DNA from: Diplonema japonicum
Taxonomy: Eukaryota; Protista; Euglenozoa: Diplonemea
Length of the DNA stretch: 64,000 bases
NCBI GenBank assembly: GCA_964019335.1
Contig: OZ025689.1
Span: 310,001-374,000, forward strand
Direction of reading: 5' to 3'
In this document: in pieces, positions 41,495 through 53,025 of the stretch
Numbering within the stretch: the first letter of the stretch is position 1
How the letters are laid out: each line of letters begins with the position of its first letter
The notes under the pieces: model-generated
The model's database searches: none
Told to the model about the DNA's origin: nothing
What the model saw: the letters and a program-made list of their open reading frames with translations, nothing else
Program-made: the position numbers and the translations under genes

Positions 41495-42856
41495 CTAGCA
41501 ATGCAAACATTGCGAAACGGAAGTGGTTTTACACACCTGGTCTGAGATCGCATCTTCAAGATCTTGTATCTGTGAATAAAGTGGCTGGAGGGCTTCTTCG
41601 GTGGCGTGTTCGACTTCCTGTGCCTGGACCTTTGCGTCTTGGGCTTGACGCTGCCACATAGACTTCTCTTTGGTCATGGAGTCGACATCTTCTTGGACGT
41701 AGTCGAAAGTCTTCCCGAGCGGGTTGGTGATTTTGACAAGGGTTTGGAGGGAATCCTTGAGCTTGGAAATTTCGGTGGTGAAGACTTCCCTTTCTCTGCC
41801 TGTTTGCCTGTGGCGCGTTGTCGTGAGGCGAATGCCGGTGTTGTCCTCGTCGTCGAGCCGAGTGGCTTGCTCCCGTGCTTGTTTTTGTTTTTCTTCTTCT
41901 GCAGCTTTTTTGGCAGCGGCAAGCTTTGCGATGTACCCATCCCCGTCGCCACCAACACCACCCTCCGCGTTCTGGAAGGCAGCCTCGTCCGGTACATCTG
42001 CTTCTTCCTCACTGTCCGTGTCCAGTGTACCTTTCTCAAGCCCTGTGGGTTTTTCCTTTTCTCCTTCTGCAATAACTCCTTGCGGCACCACCTGTTGCTG
42101 TTGTTTCTGTTCCTTTGCTTTCGTTTTTTCCTCCCTTCTTTCGATGGGTGTCGGTGCAGCCTGCGGCACCGGTTCCTGTTTCACGCTCTCTTTTTCCTCG
42201 GCTTCCTTCTTCGCCTCTTCCATCGGCTTCTCCTCGTCCTTCGGGCTCTCTTTCGGTGCCGGTTTTTCTTCCTTGGGCTTTTCTTTATCCTTCTCTTTCT
42301 CCTTTTCTTTTTCCTTCTCCTTTTCCACTTCCTTTTCTTTGGTGTCCTTCTCAGGCGCAGGTTCCTTTGTTACTGAGGCTGTGGAGTCTTTTCTCTCAGG
42401 GTCGCGGGTTTTGAGGGCTTGCTCGGCTTTGTCAGCGAAGCGAGCCAGCACTTTGGAGACGGCTCGGTCGGATTTTTCGGTAGGGATTTTGCTGGCAGCG
42501 GCGAGTTTTTGCAGGAATTCGTTGGTATGCTGTGGTTCAAGTCCAGATACGATTTTAATCGGTTTTGCAGCGAGAGGGGGCTGCAGCTTGAGGGTGTAGT
42601 TCACACTGCTGATGATCTTTTGCAGGAAGAAGACCTTTGCCTCCTTCTCCTGCACCTTTGAGGAGTCCATCTCATCATCGGAGTACAGCTTCGTTGCAAA
42701 ACCAGTCGTTTTTATCGCGTTCGTCACAATGTCGTGCAAGAACCTGAACGGCGGCTTCTTCAGCAGCTTGTCGCTCAGCCTCGGCGCTTTGATCACAGCC
42801 CCCAACTCTTTCTTCGTCTTGTCAAGCGTCGCTTGGTCAACTTCATCTGCAGACAT
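41495..42856 (-). CDS. IFT54: Intraflagellar transport protein IFT54 (TRAF3IP1/MIP-T3); 3' end probably spliced
   Basis: N-terminal LSDKLLKKPPFRFLHDIV...KIVSGLEPQHTNEFLQ, a KE-rich linker, and C-terminal coiled coil TNPLGKTFDYVQEDVDSM. Confidence 0.9.
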   Translation of the reverse strand: MSADEVDQATLDKTKKELGAVIKAPRLSDKLLKKPPFRFLHDIVTNAIKTTGFATKLYSDDEMDSSKVQEKEAKVFFLQKIISSVNYTLKLQPPLAAKPIKIVSGLEPQHTNEFLQKLAAASKIPTEKSDRAVSKVLARFADKAEQALKTRDPERKDSTASVTKEPAPEKDTKEKEVEKEKEKEKEKEKDKEKPKEEKPAPKESPKDEEKPMEEAKKEAEEKESVKQEPVPQAAPTPIERREEKTKAKEQKQQQQVVPQGVIAEGEKEKPTGLEKGTLDTDSEEEADVPDEAAFQNAEGGVGGDGDGYIAKLAAAKKAAEEEKQKQAREQATRLDDEDNTGIRLTTTRHRQTGREREVFTTEISKLKDSLQTLVKITNPLGKTFDYVQEDVDSMTKEKSMWQRQAQDAKVQAQEVEHATEEALQPLYSQIQDLEDAISDQVCKTTSVSQCLHC

Positions 42857-43395
42857 TTTTTTTTTTTTTTTTTTTGTCGTCCTTTTTTTTTCTTTTTTTT
42901 TCCCCCCCTCCCTTTCTAATTAGCAAACAAAAGAATAAGGGTGACTCCCCCTTTGTTTCTTTTTTTTTTTTTTTTTTTTTTCGATGAAAAAAAAATTCGG
43001 AGGGAGGGAAAAAAAAAAAAAGAAAAGTAGTCCTACCTTTTTTTTCTTTTTTTTCTTCTTCTTTTTTTTTTTGATCGGAGAACGGGACAACAACTCTCCA
43101 CCCCAACCACCTAATTCCTGTCGGTTGCATCCTTCTGTGAAACAATCGACTGAGTGAAGTACGCTTCGTTTATAAAACAATCCTTCAATATTTTCACTGT
43201 AAGGTTTAAAAAAAAATTTTTTTTTTAAAAAGAAATCTCCATCTCCTACATACTATCATAAGGCGACTCAGCGCCATTTTCAGTTTTTAAGTCCATGATG
43301 CGACGGCACGCCTGTACATCCCCGCGGTCTGCAGCCAATGCAAGACAACAACTGTGTTGTACGTGCTTAATTTAAAAAAAAAAAATTCTTTTTTT

Positions 43396-43986
43396 CTATA
43401 CACACGTCATGTTAATGGTATCATCTGTCTCGCTGCTCTTTTTTGCTAGCCTCTCAACCACCTGTATCTTTTTTTTGCACAAGTCTAAAACGAAATCGTC
43501 GTCAAGAACACAAGTTGGACCCATCTCGTCTAGGACTGCCAGTTCTAGGTTTATAAGTTGTTGTGCGGTTTCGAGATAGTATGCATTGAAGAGGTAAGCC
43601 CGCAGAGTAGTCTTTACTGCCTGCAAGGCAGTTTCTTTCTCTTTTGTATCAAAGTTCTTCTTGGCTGCCTTTCCTTCCATTTTCGGAAATAAGAATGCCT
43701 TCCCACGGCTTGGTTGTGGGTAATACACCAAGCTCTCTTTGCATTCGACACATCGCCTGCTTATTGTTTGGTGTGCCTTCAAGCAGGACGGACAGTTAAC
43801 AAACGCTAGTTTCCTTGGCGCTATCGATTCAACATTATGCCTGTCCACGACGTGTACCTCGCCACGAGTACTCATAGATTTTATTCTCATTATTCCGGAA
43901 ATTCCAACTACCTGTTCTTTCCGCACTTGCGGCAGCCTCCATATATACGGGGCTATTCTTTTTGCTGGCATTTTAAAGCTGGTCAT
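43396..43986 (-). CDS. Hypothetical protein with two CxxC motifs
   Basis: 196-aa ORF with CPSC-x10-CVEC, a possible zinc ribbon. Confidence 0.45.
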   Translation of the reverse strand: MTSFKMPAKRIAPYIWRLPQVRKEQVVGISGIMRIKSMSTRGEVHVVDRHNVESIAPRKLAFVNCPSCLKAHQTISRRCVECKESLVYYPQPSRGKAFLFPKMEGKAAKKNFDTKEKETALQAVKTTLRAYLFNAYYLETAQQLINLELAVLDEMGPTCVLDDDFVLDLCKKKIQVVERLAKKSSETDDTINMTCV

Positions 43987-44420
43987 CCCCCCCTCGCTTC
44001 AACTCCCCCTCTTTTTGTTTTTTTTTTTTTTTTTTTTTTTTTTATTTTGGCATTAGGGAGAAAGGGGGAGGGGGGATACTTCAAAAAATAAAATAAAATG
44101 AAGAAATATTTTCATGGAGATGGTGAAGGAGGGAACGGGTGGGGGGGGGGGGGTTTTCTTTTTTTTTTCTCTTTCTTATTTCTCCATCATCCCTCTTATT
44201 TTTCATTCAATATGCACGCAAAAAAAAAGGGGGGGCGGAACCAAAAAAAAAAAAAGTGGATATGGGGACAAGGGGACAAAAAAAAATCACTATGACAAGG
44301 AGGGTTTTTTTTATAAAAAAAAAAAAAAAAAAAAAAAAAAGCCGGTGCATCTCCCTCCCCAAGAACAGAAAAAAAAAAAAATTAGGTTTAAATAACGTTT
44401 CAAAGAAACACTTCCTAAGC

Positions 44421-46226
44421 TCAGATAAGCGACTCCTCGTAGAGGGAAGGGGCAGATAGCCCAAGAAGGTTAATGTAGGTGGCGGTGACGTTGGCAAGAC
44501 CAGGGGTTTTGGAAAGCGAGGCATCGGGTTTGAATTTCAATGAGCTAGGGATGTCCCCCCCAATGCATACAGGAACAGGTGCAAGGGTGTGCGATTTGCA
44601 CTGAACAAGGGTGCCATCCTCGTGCTTTTGCGGCGCGAAAGTTTTTTTCTCACGTTGAACCATGTCATCAGCGTTGCCATGGTCGGAAGTGACAAGCCAT
44701 CTACCACCTGCAGCTTCGACTTCTTTAAGCAGCTCCCCAAGGCAATCATCAACAATCTCACAAGCATCTATAGTTGCCTTAAGATTCCCCGTGTGCCCCA
44801 CCATGTCAGGATTGGCATAGTTAACTCTAATCATATCGAACTTACCAGATTTTATCGCTTCAACAGCAATGGCGGTGACCTCCTTCGCCTTCATCGCTGG
44901 CTTCTCGTCAAACACTACCTTGTCAGAAGGCTCCTCATAGTATGTTTCCATGTCGGTGTCGATGTAGCCAGACTTGTTCCCATTCCAGAAGAATGTAACA
45001 TGACCGAATTTTTGAGTTTCGGAAACAGCGAAGGATTTGATCCCGTTGGCGCAGAGGTAGGTGCCTGACACGTTGGTGATGGACGGTGCGGGGACGAGGA
45101 AGTTCGTTGGGAGCTTGAGGTCTCCGTCGTACTGCATCATCCCTAGGAAGTTCACCTTCGGGAACCTTGTCCTGTCGAATGCGTTGAACTCCTCGTACTC
45201 AAAAGCCTTGCTCAGCTGGATCATCCTGTCCGACCTGAAGTTAAATATGCACACGGAGTCCCCGTCCTCAATGGTCCCGACTGGGTTCCCCTCTGTGTCG
45301 ACGCACACGAATGGTTCCAAGAACTGGTCGGAACCATGCTTGCCTTCGGTTTTTTTCAATGTAGCGAGCGCCTCAGTGAAGCTTGAAAATTTGTGCGGAG
45401 CATCACCAAGAACATGAGCCTTCCAACCTCTTTCCACAATGTTCCAGTCTGCTTCGTACCTGTCCATTGTGACGTGCATTCTACCACCACCGCTGGCGAC
45501 CTTCACATCGCTGTCCTTGATGTTCGAGAGGAACTCGGCGAGTTCAGCCGCGTACTCTACCGAGGTACCGTCGACGACGTCACGGCCGTCTGTAAGGAGG
45601 TGAAGTCTGATCTTTTTGCAGCCTTGTTCCACCGCGGATGTGATCATGGCAAGGAGCTGGTCCATCCTGGCATGCACGCCGCCCTTTGTTAAAAGCCCGA
45701 TGAGGTGAAGCGTGTTTGAAGGAAACGCGGCTTTCAAGTGGTTCCAACCTGTTGACGAAAACATAGATTTGTCAGCAATTGCATTATCGACAAGCTTTGC
45801 ACCTTGATCGACTACCTGACCGGATCCAAGGGCATTGTGCCCAACTTCGGAGTTTCCCATGTCGTCCTTTGTGGGAAGCCCGACAGCATGGCCGTGTGCT
45901 AGGACTGTGCGTGCACGGCCTTCGACGGACATTAGCCTGTCGTAGGTAGGTGTCTTTGCGGAGTGGACTGCGTTGTACTCGTCCTTTATGGTAGACTCAC
46001 CCCATCCGTCTAGAATGCAAACGATGACGGGCTTTGTGGCTTTGGGGATTGTGGGGTGAGCCAGAAGCATGTACTCCTTCTTCTTCTTCAACTCTTGCAG
46101 GTATTCAATGCAAAAATTCAAAGGGTCCGCGGGCTTCCCTGCTAGTACCGAGTTTAACATGTCGTCGACAATTGTTGGAAAGCCGTGCTGCTTCAGATAT
46201 GCCACGTCTATGGGATTGGACGACAT
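44421..46226 (-). CDS. gpmI: Cofactor-independent phosphoglycerate mutase (iPGAM) with an N-terminal RIIa/Dpy-30-like domain
   Basis: ILDGWG, MGNSEVGH, DGRD, FNFRSDR, SETQKFGHVTFFWNG, NPDMVGHTG, TSDHGN. Likely start is MSSNPID after an A-run. Confidence 0.92.
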   Translation of the reverse strand: MSSNPIDVAYLKQHGFPTIVDDMLNSVLAGKPADPLNFCIEYLQELKKKKEYMLLAHPTIPKATKPVIVCILDGWGESTIKDEYNAVHSAKTPTYDRLMSVEGRARTVLAHGHAVGLPTKDDMGNSEVGHNALGSGQVVDQGAKLVDNAIADKSMFSSTGWNHLKAAFPSNTLHLIGLLTKGGVHARMDQLLAMITSAVEQGCKKIRLHLLTDGRDVVDGTSVEYAAELAEFLSNIKDSDVKVASGGGRMHVTMDRYEADWNIVERGWKAHVLGDAPHKFSSFTEALATLKKTEGKHGSDQFLEPFVCVDTEGNPVGTIEDGDSVCIFNFRSDRMIQLSKAFEYEEFNAFDRTRFPKVNFLGMMQYDGDLKLPTNFLVPAPSITNVSGTYLCANGIKSFAVSETQKFGHVTFFWNGNKSGYIDTDMETYYEEPSDKVVFDEKPAMKAKEVTAIAVEAIKSGKFDMIRVNYANPDMVGHTGNLKATIDACEIVDDCLGELLKEVEAAGGRWLVTSDHGNADDMVQREKKTFAPQKHEDGTLVQCKSHTLAPVPVCIGGDIPSSLKFKPDASLSKTPGLANVTATYINLLGLSAPSLYEESLI

Positions 46227-46985
46227 TTCTTTTTTTTTTTTTTTTCTTCTTCTTCTTTTTTTTTTCCTCTTTGCTGTCAAGTTTTTGTTTTTACTTGGTA
46301 TTAGGGGAAAGAGGGTATAGAAAAAAAAAAAAAAATGGGGGTAATAAAAAAAAAATAAATAAAAGTAACGAGGCAAGATGGGATGGGGGAGGGGGGAGAA
46401 GAGAAAGAGAGGGACCTGCTGAATTGAGATTTCTTTTTTGGGGAGGGCAAGCATTATTTTTTTCTCTCTCTTAAAAAAAGGGAAAAAAAAAAAAAAAAAA
46501 AGGGTGTCTTTGTTTCTATTGTCAAAATTTTTACCTTACCGCATTTAGACTTAACATGAAAACGATTTTTTTTTACCCACCCACTGTTTGTTCTATAGTT
46601 ATTCTTTTCTAATTAATTTTGTACTAAGCTTTCTTGGGCTCCGGAGCTACATAAAATAACCCCGGTTTATCCATTTCAAATATTTTCCGTTCCAAAAAAA
46701 AAAACTTTTTTTTTCTTTCCGTACTAAGCAAAATGCGGTACTAGTTTCCTAAATACTGTACACGTTTTCTTTTTTTTCTTTTTCTTTTCTTCTTCCTCTC
46801 TTCTCCTCTTCCTTTTCTTTGGGGGGGGGGGACCTTATGAGGTTTATGAAGAAAAAAAGAATCGAAAGCAAGGCCACATCGCAATAAAAAAAAAGGGGGG
46901 GGGGAAGAGCGAAAGGGCGGGAAAGTAAAAAAAAGAAATAATAATCGAGGGTGGGAGAATGAGTGAAAGGGGAGAGAAGAAAGGG

Positions 46986-47019
<34 letters not shown>

Positions 47020-47804
47020 TAATGTCTATTCTGCAGCCCATGACAGGCATACACCATTGCTCTTGATAACACTTGCTGTTATCTACTGCTAACGGAAAGA
47101 GGAGAAACAAAAAGAAGAAGGGGGAGAAAGGAAAGAGGGAATGCCGGTACTTTTATATATTTATTTTTGGAGGAAGGGGATGCAAAAAGAAGAAAAAAAA
47201 AAAAAGGAGAAAAAAACTAACTGAAAATCCGTATCAAAAAAAAGAAAAAAGGGGGAGGGCGTTAAAGATTGGCAAGAAAAAATAAAATAATAAAAAAAAA
47301 AGAGTTTTCTTTCAATCCAGCTTCAATTTCAGCAGTTTTCCAGAACCTCTTTCAGGTTGTCCTTTTTTCATTAGTCTGAGGCGGGTGTACTCATATCAGT
47401 CGGCATCAGTAGCAAACCTGGGCAACCCCTCTCCTTTAAGTTTCAAGAGGAGGTACTTTTTGCAACGAAGTCGGATGTAAAAAAAAAAAAATAAGGAGGG
47501 GGGGAACAGAGGAACTTGCCCCGTGGGGGTAGAAAAAAAAACCCTCTTTCCCCCCCCCATTTTTTTCTTTCGAAAACTTTTTTTTAAAAGGGGTACCAAC
47601 CTTAGGGGCGAAAAAATACACTCGAATAAAAAAAAATTGGTATAAAAAAATCTCATAGCAAGTCCAACAACTGGCCCTTTTTCTCATCCCGTTCTTTAGT
47701 CTGAGTTGGGCTGAGTGATGGTGCCTGCGCCCGTGGTGGGGGGTTACGTGGGGGTGGGTCCTGTGTTGAAGTTTTTTTTGGGGGAGTAAAAAAAAGCTAT
47801 TCTT

Positions 47805-48113
47805 TTAAGTATGCGTTTTGCGCTCACCGGCCGAGCTCACCGTTGTCCCCGTTCTGGACCCTGCCCGCGATGGGTATGCAGTGCACGCATCCCTCAGCGT
47901 GACCACCAACAGGGCTCTCGGCTTGTCTTGGCATCCCTTGGGCACCACCCCGTGGAACGTCGTCGCATTCGGCATGGTAGCCGGTCGAGGCCCGCGTGCT
48001 CTGTCTTGCCCCAGCTCAGAGGCACTCTCCCTCCGCCAGAAGCTCAAAAAAAAAAAAAAAAAAGAAAAAAAACTCAAAGTGCAGGACAAACCCCCTCATG
48101 GAGGGCCGCCCTT

Positions 48114-48155
<42 letters not shown>

Positions 48156-50698
48156 AACATACCCGTGCAGAAGGCCTGGGCCTGACCGGAATAGGGGCAG
48201 CTGCCATCTTCGACATGACATGTTTATCGTGTTGTGACTGCTGGGGTTTCACCTGCGTCTTTTGCGCGTTGCCGGAGGCCGATTTCCTTCCCTTCTTCTT
48301 CATCAGCTTGTCATGCGACGCCTTGAACTGCGCCACGAACTTCGCAAGGTTCCCCATCCACATGTTCACCTCTGAAATCTTGGCGTTGGGGCCCTCACCG
48401 AAGTATGTCAGCAGCTCCACGACGCTCTTCTTCCAAGCCTCGTAACGGGCGTCGAGTTTTTCCAACATGGGTGCTGCGAAGTCGTAGTGGTTCCCCATGA
48501 CCTCTTTAAATCTAGCATCGCAGCTGTCTTTCTTCAACACCCTCTCGATCATTTGCACACCCCCCTTCAGCTCTCGGTAGTCCGCTTCTAGTATTCCCAG
48601 ATCGACGCTCGCAAGCACCTTAGCTTCCTTGAGGTCATCTGTGAAGCTTATCAAATTTTCGTCTACCTTCGAAATGTGGCACACGCTCCAGTCCAGAAAC
48701 GTCTCGTTATTGCTCGTTTTAATATTTTGCATCTTCAGCAGATCTTCCACTCGGATGCCCTTCGCCCCGTTGTCCCCCAACCCGTTCAGATGGTTGCCCA
48801 GCGTCAGGATAATCGACAGCACCTTCGACACCTGCTGGTTCGATCTCACCTCCGTGATGAACGTCTCGAACCTCATGATGCTAGCCTCCAACTGGTTATG
48901 CATATTCACAAATTTCAGCTGTGCCCTCCAGCACTTCAACCTCACCTCGAACCCAGCGTAGTTGCTCACCATGTGGAAAAACCTGATGACATCGTCCTCT
49001 TCCGCCAGTTCCTGCGGCGTCAGGTTCTTCACCGCCTTGATCTCCTCATCAGTCGGGCACTGCTGGATCATGCCCTCCACAAGGTCCTCGCTGAAGAAGT
49101 TGGGGTCCAAGTCCCGCACCTTTTCCTTGATCTCCATCTCCGACGCCTTGAGCCACGTCAGGTAGATGCCGACGGTGAGGTCCCTTTGGTTGTCGATCAA
49201 TTTCTTTTTTATGGGCGCCCTGGCCTTTCTCGGCTCGGCCTTCTTCTTTGCAAAGGCGCCTGTGAGCTCGGCGCTGATGTCGTCGGAAAGGGTGTACGCT
49301 TCGTTGAAGAGGGTCCCTTCACCGTCGGCAATGCCTTTGAAACCAAAGCGTTTGGCTTTGATCACACCAGGTGCCCCAGGGGGAGGCGGAGGCGGGGGTG
49401 CACCCTTACCTGGAGGAGGAGGAGGAGGTGGTGCACCGCTCGGAGGAGGAGGAGGAGGAGGAGCGCCGCCTTTACCTGCAGGAGGAGGAGGAGGAGGGGC
49501 ACCCGGTGCGCCAGGCGGCAAAGGTGCCCCAGGAACAGGGGGACGAGGAACAGAAGGAGCAGGCGGTGGTCCACCGTGAACCGCAGGCGGTGCAGGGGCA
49601 CCGAATATTGGAGGTGCAAGTTGTCCTTTAGCACCGCCAGGAGGAGGCGCCGCCATTGTAGGGGGCGTGCCCGGTGCCCCAGTCTTCCCTGCAGTGGGCG
49701 GCATCCAAACCTGCTGCTGTTTAGGAGCCGGGTTGATGTTATGGGAACTGCCCTTTGCGTTTAGCTTTGCGTGCGACTCCAGGTCAGCACAAGATAGACC
49801 CCACGACTTGAGAGCCCTTTTGGTTTTCACAGCGTTGTTGATGGTCTCAGCAAACTTCTTCTGGCCTCTTGGCTCCAGTCCTTTGATGTGGTTCTTGAAA
49901 GCCACTTCTTTCTTCGGGGAAAGATTGAGGGGACCAGAGGGCCGCCTTTGTTGGTCTATCATGTATTCTGCGATGTCGTCGTCCATTCTGCTGTCGCTAT
50001 CGTCGCTGGGGCAGTCCGAGGCGGGATCGTCTTCGCTTTCACTGTAGCCCTGGTACTCTTCGGTGTTGGTCTCCATGATGAAGGTGGTGGCAAGTTCAGG
50101 CCGTCCGTCGCAAAGCATGACTGCGTTGAGGACCTGATCGATGGGGATGTAGGAAAAGATTTCGTTGTGCAGCCTGTCGGCAGTTGACTTGTCACGCTCC
50201 TCTTGCGACATCACCTGGTCGTCTTTCGACCTCTCGAGTGCATTGCTCATGTCGTTCGCGAACTGTGTTTTCCCGGATGACGTGGCGATCCCTGAGTTTC
50301 TTCGCTGGAGCCTCTCCTGTTCGATCTCCTTTTCTTTCAGCGTACCTGCGTACAGTGTACACGCCCCCTGTTTTTGTTTTTTTGTTTTGTTTTTGTTTTT
50401 TTGTCCAAACCACACACCTGAACATCGTTCTCCACCAACCCGAGATAAGTCTTAGCTTCATCGTCCGAGATCCCGGGGAACTTCTTTCGCATCCCCACCA
50501 CTCCTGCTCGTTCGGGGCCAGCTACGACGTCGAGCTGTTTCCTGCAAGCTGTTTCATCTTTAGTCCCCGCCCACTGTTTTTTTTTTTTTTCTTCTTTTTT
50601 TTTTTCTCCTTTTTTCTAAAGCATACAATATCCTGCACGACGTCCGGTGGTAGCAAGTACTCCTTGCTGAGCGTTTGTACAGCCTGCGCTCCAGACAT
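47805..50698 (-). CDS. Formin (FH1 poly-proline + FH2), multi-exon; ends uncertain
   Basis: Poly-Pro tracts followed by FH2 motifs KLIDNQR, CPTDEE, ILTLGNHLNG...GAKGIR, LLKMQNIK, YFGE. Confidence 0.85.
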
Positions 50699-50777
50699 TT
50701 TGCCTCCCACTGGGTTGGGGGGGGGGGGGTAAATAGTTAATCCAAATAGAACATTGACAAAGGAGAAACAAAATAGT

Positions 50778-52772
50778 CTAGTCTGATGGGCTGCTCACAC
50801 AACTCTTGAGAAGGACGAAGTCTGGGTGCGACTCCAAGAGGAAGCCGTTGAAAATGAGCGTCTCTGAGAGAAGCGAGACAGCAGACGAAGTGTGCGTGTT
50901 GTGCACAGGGAACAAGATATTTGTCTTTATCGCGGCAATGACATGGGAGATCCAATGGGGCGGGGACTCGGACGGGATACTGAAGAGGAGCCTCTCCAAA
51001 GAAGTCATGCTAGGCGCCCTGAGAGGGATGTACGGGTGCAGAGCAAAGCTTACAAGGACAGAACCTGCAGCGTCCATAAACGGCTTGAAGCCCTGTTCAG
51101 AAAGACCTGCGGCAGCATCTCCCAGCAGTTCAAGTGCCTTCACCTCCATCTTCCTCCTTTCGATGCTTGCTTCGGAGGGATCAGCGCTGTTTAGCACTTC
51201 AAAAGCCATCTTCAGCACCTCGCCCACCCCGGGTAAGTCGTCCCCCCTAACAAGGATCATTTTGCAGTAGAAGGAAAGGGCAGCGCATGTGAGATGCATG
51301 TCTTGTGCTGAGAGGTACTTCGCTGCGCTCTGCACACACCCCGTCACGAAGCCCTCTGGTACCTCTTCTTCCACGGCGATGAGGCTCCCCCCGCACTCTA
51401 AGCCAGCTCCCGCTTCTTCTGCGTTCCCGCTGCAGATCACACCGCCCAGTCCTTCACACAAAGCACCCTGAAACCCTCCGAAAGAGCCTGCCACAAATCC
51501 TATCGCAGAGATGGCTTTCAAGATGTACGGAAGAGAAGGCGACGGTGGATTCAGAGCAGCGGTAAGAGCAGGGAGAACCTGCGGCAACAGGGGGTACACG
51601 TCGTCCGAGGAGAGTTCCTGCACAGTATGCTGCACCACAGCGGCCAGCCCGGATGTAACAGGAGCTTCCTTTTCAGCGATCAAACATGAAACCAGCTGCG
51701 GGACAGCCTCTATAAGCGGCGCAACGTTCTCATCTTCAGCATCACATGCATATACAGACCGCAGCACGTCAAGGCATTCGACGGCCGCAAGCCTTTCGTC
51801 GATTCCTAAGTTCGGGATCATAGCGACCACTTGCATGGGGAGCTTTACAGACACCGCCCGCACCTCATGTGGGCAGGCCTCCGCTACTGCGGTGAGGCAG
51901 CTGAGGTGCCCTGTTTCGAGTATCGTCTTCACGACATCGTGCTTTGCCTGTGACTTGAAGGCGACTTCTTTGAGTGCCTCAATGCAGAGTGGGTCGGACC
52001 GTGCCTTGATGAGGGCAGGGAGGATCAGTGCCACGTGCTGCGCTGGGATGCCTGACTGGAGCTGAGCATACTCCTTTATATAAGAGCCAGCTACAGACAC
52101 AAGCGCAGAGTCGGGGTCGCTGTTCAAGATTGAGAGCAGCCACTCTAGACACCCAGTGATCTGTGCTGGAGTCATGAGAGGCAGTGCAATGGGAAGGAGA
52201 GAGGCAGTCTCGAACCGTCGTGTGAGAAGGGATGTTTTACAGATGGTGTCAATAAGGGTGGTGTGCTGCGGTGGGTTGGTCTTCATGACACCTAGAACGG
52301 CTTCAACCGCCTCACAGGCCTCCTCGATTCCTTCCATGTGCCGTTCTAAGGTTTGCAATACATTGCTGGTCAGAGTCGGGCCGTCGATGAGCTGTGCCAC
52401 AGCGGAGCACCATTGCTGAGGGGTTTCAAGCTCTTTAAGTACAGCGTGGACGTCCAGTCCTTGGGCCTTTGTTGCTTCTAGGATACGCAACAACTGCTTT
52501 GTGACAGGCCGGCTGCACCCATGCATGGTACTTACGACGACGCCCTGTAAGTTTCTCACTTTGTCTTGTCCCCACTCTGCTAACACTCCTTGGATATGGT
52601 TTGCTACATAGATGACGGCCAAGAGGTGCTTGCTCGCAAGAGCCGCCCCCACCACCATGTCGGCATCGCGTGCCCAGCCTTCCTGCATCTCCCTTTCTGC
52701 AGCCGCTCGTGTCTGTGCATCTCCGTTCATGCCACGTTCGCACACACCGACCAGCCACTCTGTGGCGTTCAT
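50778..52772 (-). CDS. HEAT/importin-beta-like protein
   Basis: 664-aa helical-repeat ORF with an IBN_N-like start (DAQTRAAAEREM...LLAVIYVANHI) and ALHPYIPLR resembling importin-4. Confidence 0.55.
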   Translation of the reverse strand: MNATEWLVGVCERGMNGDAQTRAAAEREMQEGWARDADMVVGAALASKHLLAVIYVANHIQGVLAEWGQDKVRNLQGVVVSTMHGCSRPVTKQLLRILEATKAQGLDVHAVLKELETPQQWCSAVAQLIDGPTLTSNVLQTLERHMEGIEEACEAVEAVLGVMKTNPPQHTTLIDTICKTSLLTRRFETASLLPIALPLMTPAQITGCLEWLLSILNSDPDSALVSVAGSYIKEYAQLQSGIPAQHVALILPALIKARSDPLCIEALKEVAFKSQAKHDVVKTILETGHLSCLTAVAEACPHEVRAVSVKLPMQVVAMIPNLGIDERLAAVECLDVLRSVYACDAEDENVAPLIEAVPQLVSCLIAEKEAPVTSGLAAVVQHTVQELSSDDVYPLLPQVLPALTAALNPPSPSLPYILKAISAIGFVAGSFGGFQGALCEGLGGVICSGNAEEAGAGLECGGSLIAVEEEVPEGFVTGCVQSAAKYLSAQDMHLTCAALSFYCKMILVRGDDLPGVGEVLKMAFEVLNSADPSEASIERRKMEVKALELLGDAAAGLSEQGFKPFMDAAGSVLVSFALHPYIPLRAPSMTSLERLLFSIPSESPPHWISHVIAAIKTNILFPVHNTHTSSAVSLLSETLIFNGFLLESHPDFVLLKSCVSSPSD

Positions 52773-53025
52773 TTTTTTTGCTTTTTGTCTCCCCTGCTTC
52801 CTGGTAAGTTCTGTTCGATTTTCCGCTTCCTCGTCTCGATGATATCCTTCAAGAGGCTTTCGTGCTCCTTCACGATGAGCGTTGTCTTCGCAACGTGGTC
52901 CTGCATGACCTCGTCGACGGCAGCCTTGAAGGCATCCTTGGCACTGAGCATTGTCCCTGTTTGCTGGTACTACAGAACAAGACTACAAAAAATAAAGCAG
53001 GCACACTAGCACTGGGTGTGATGGT

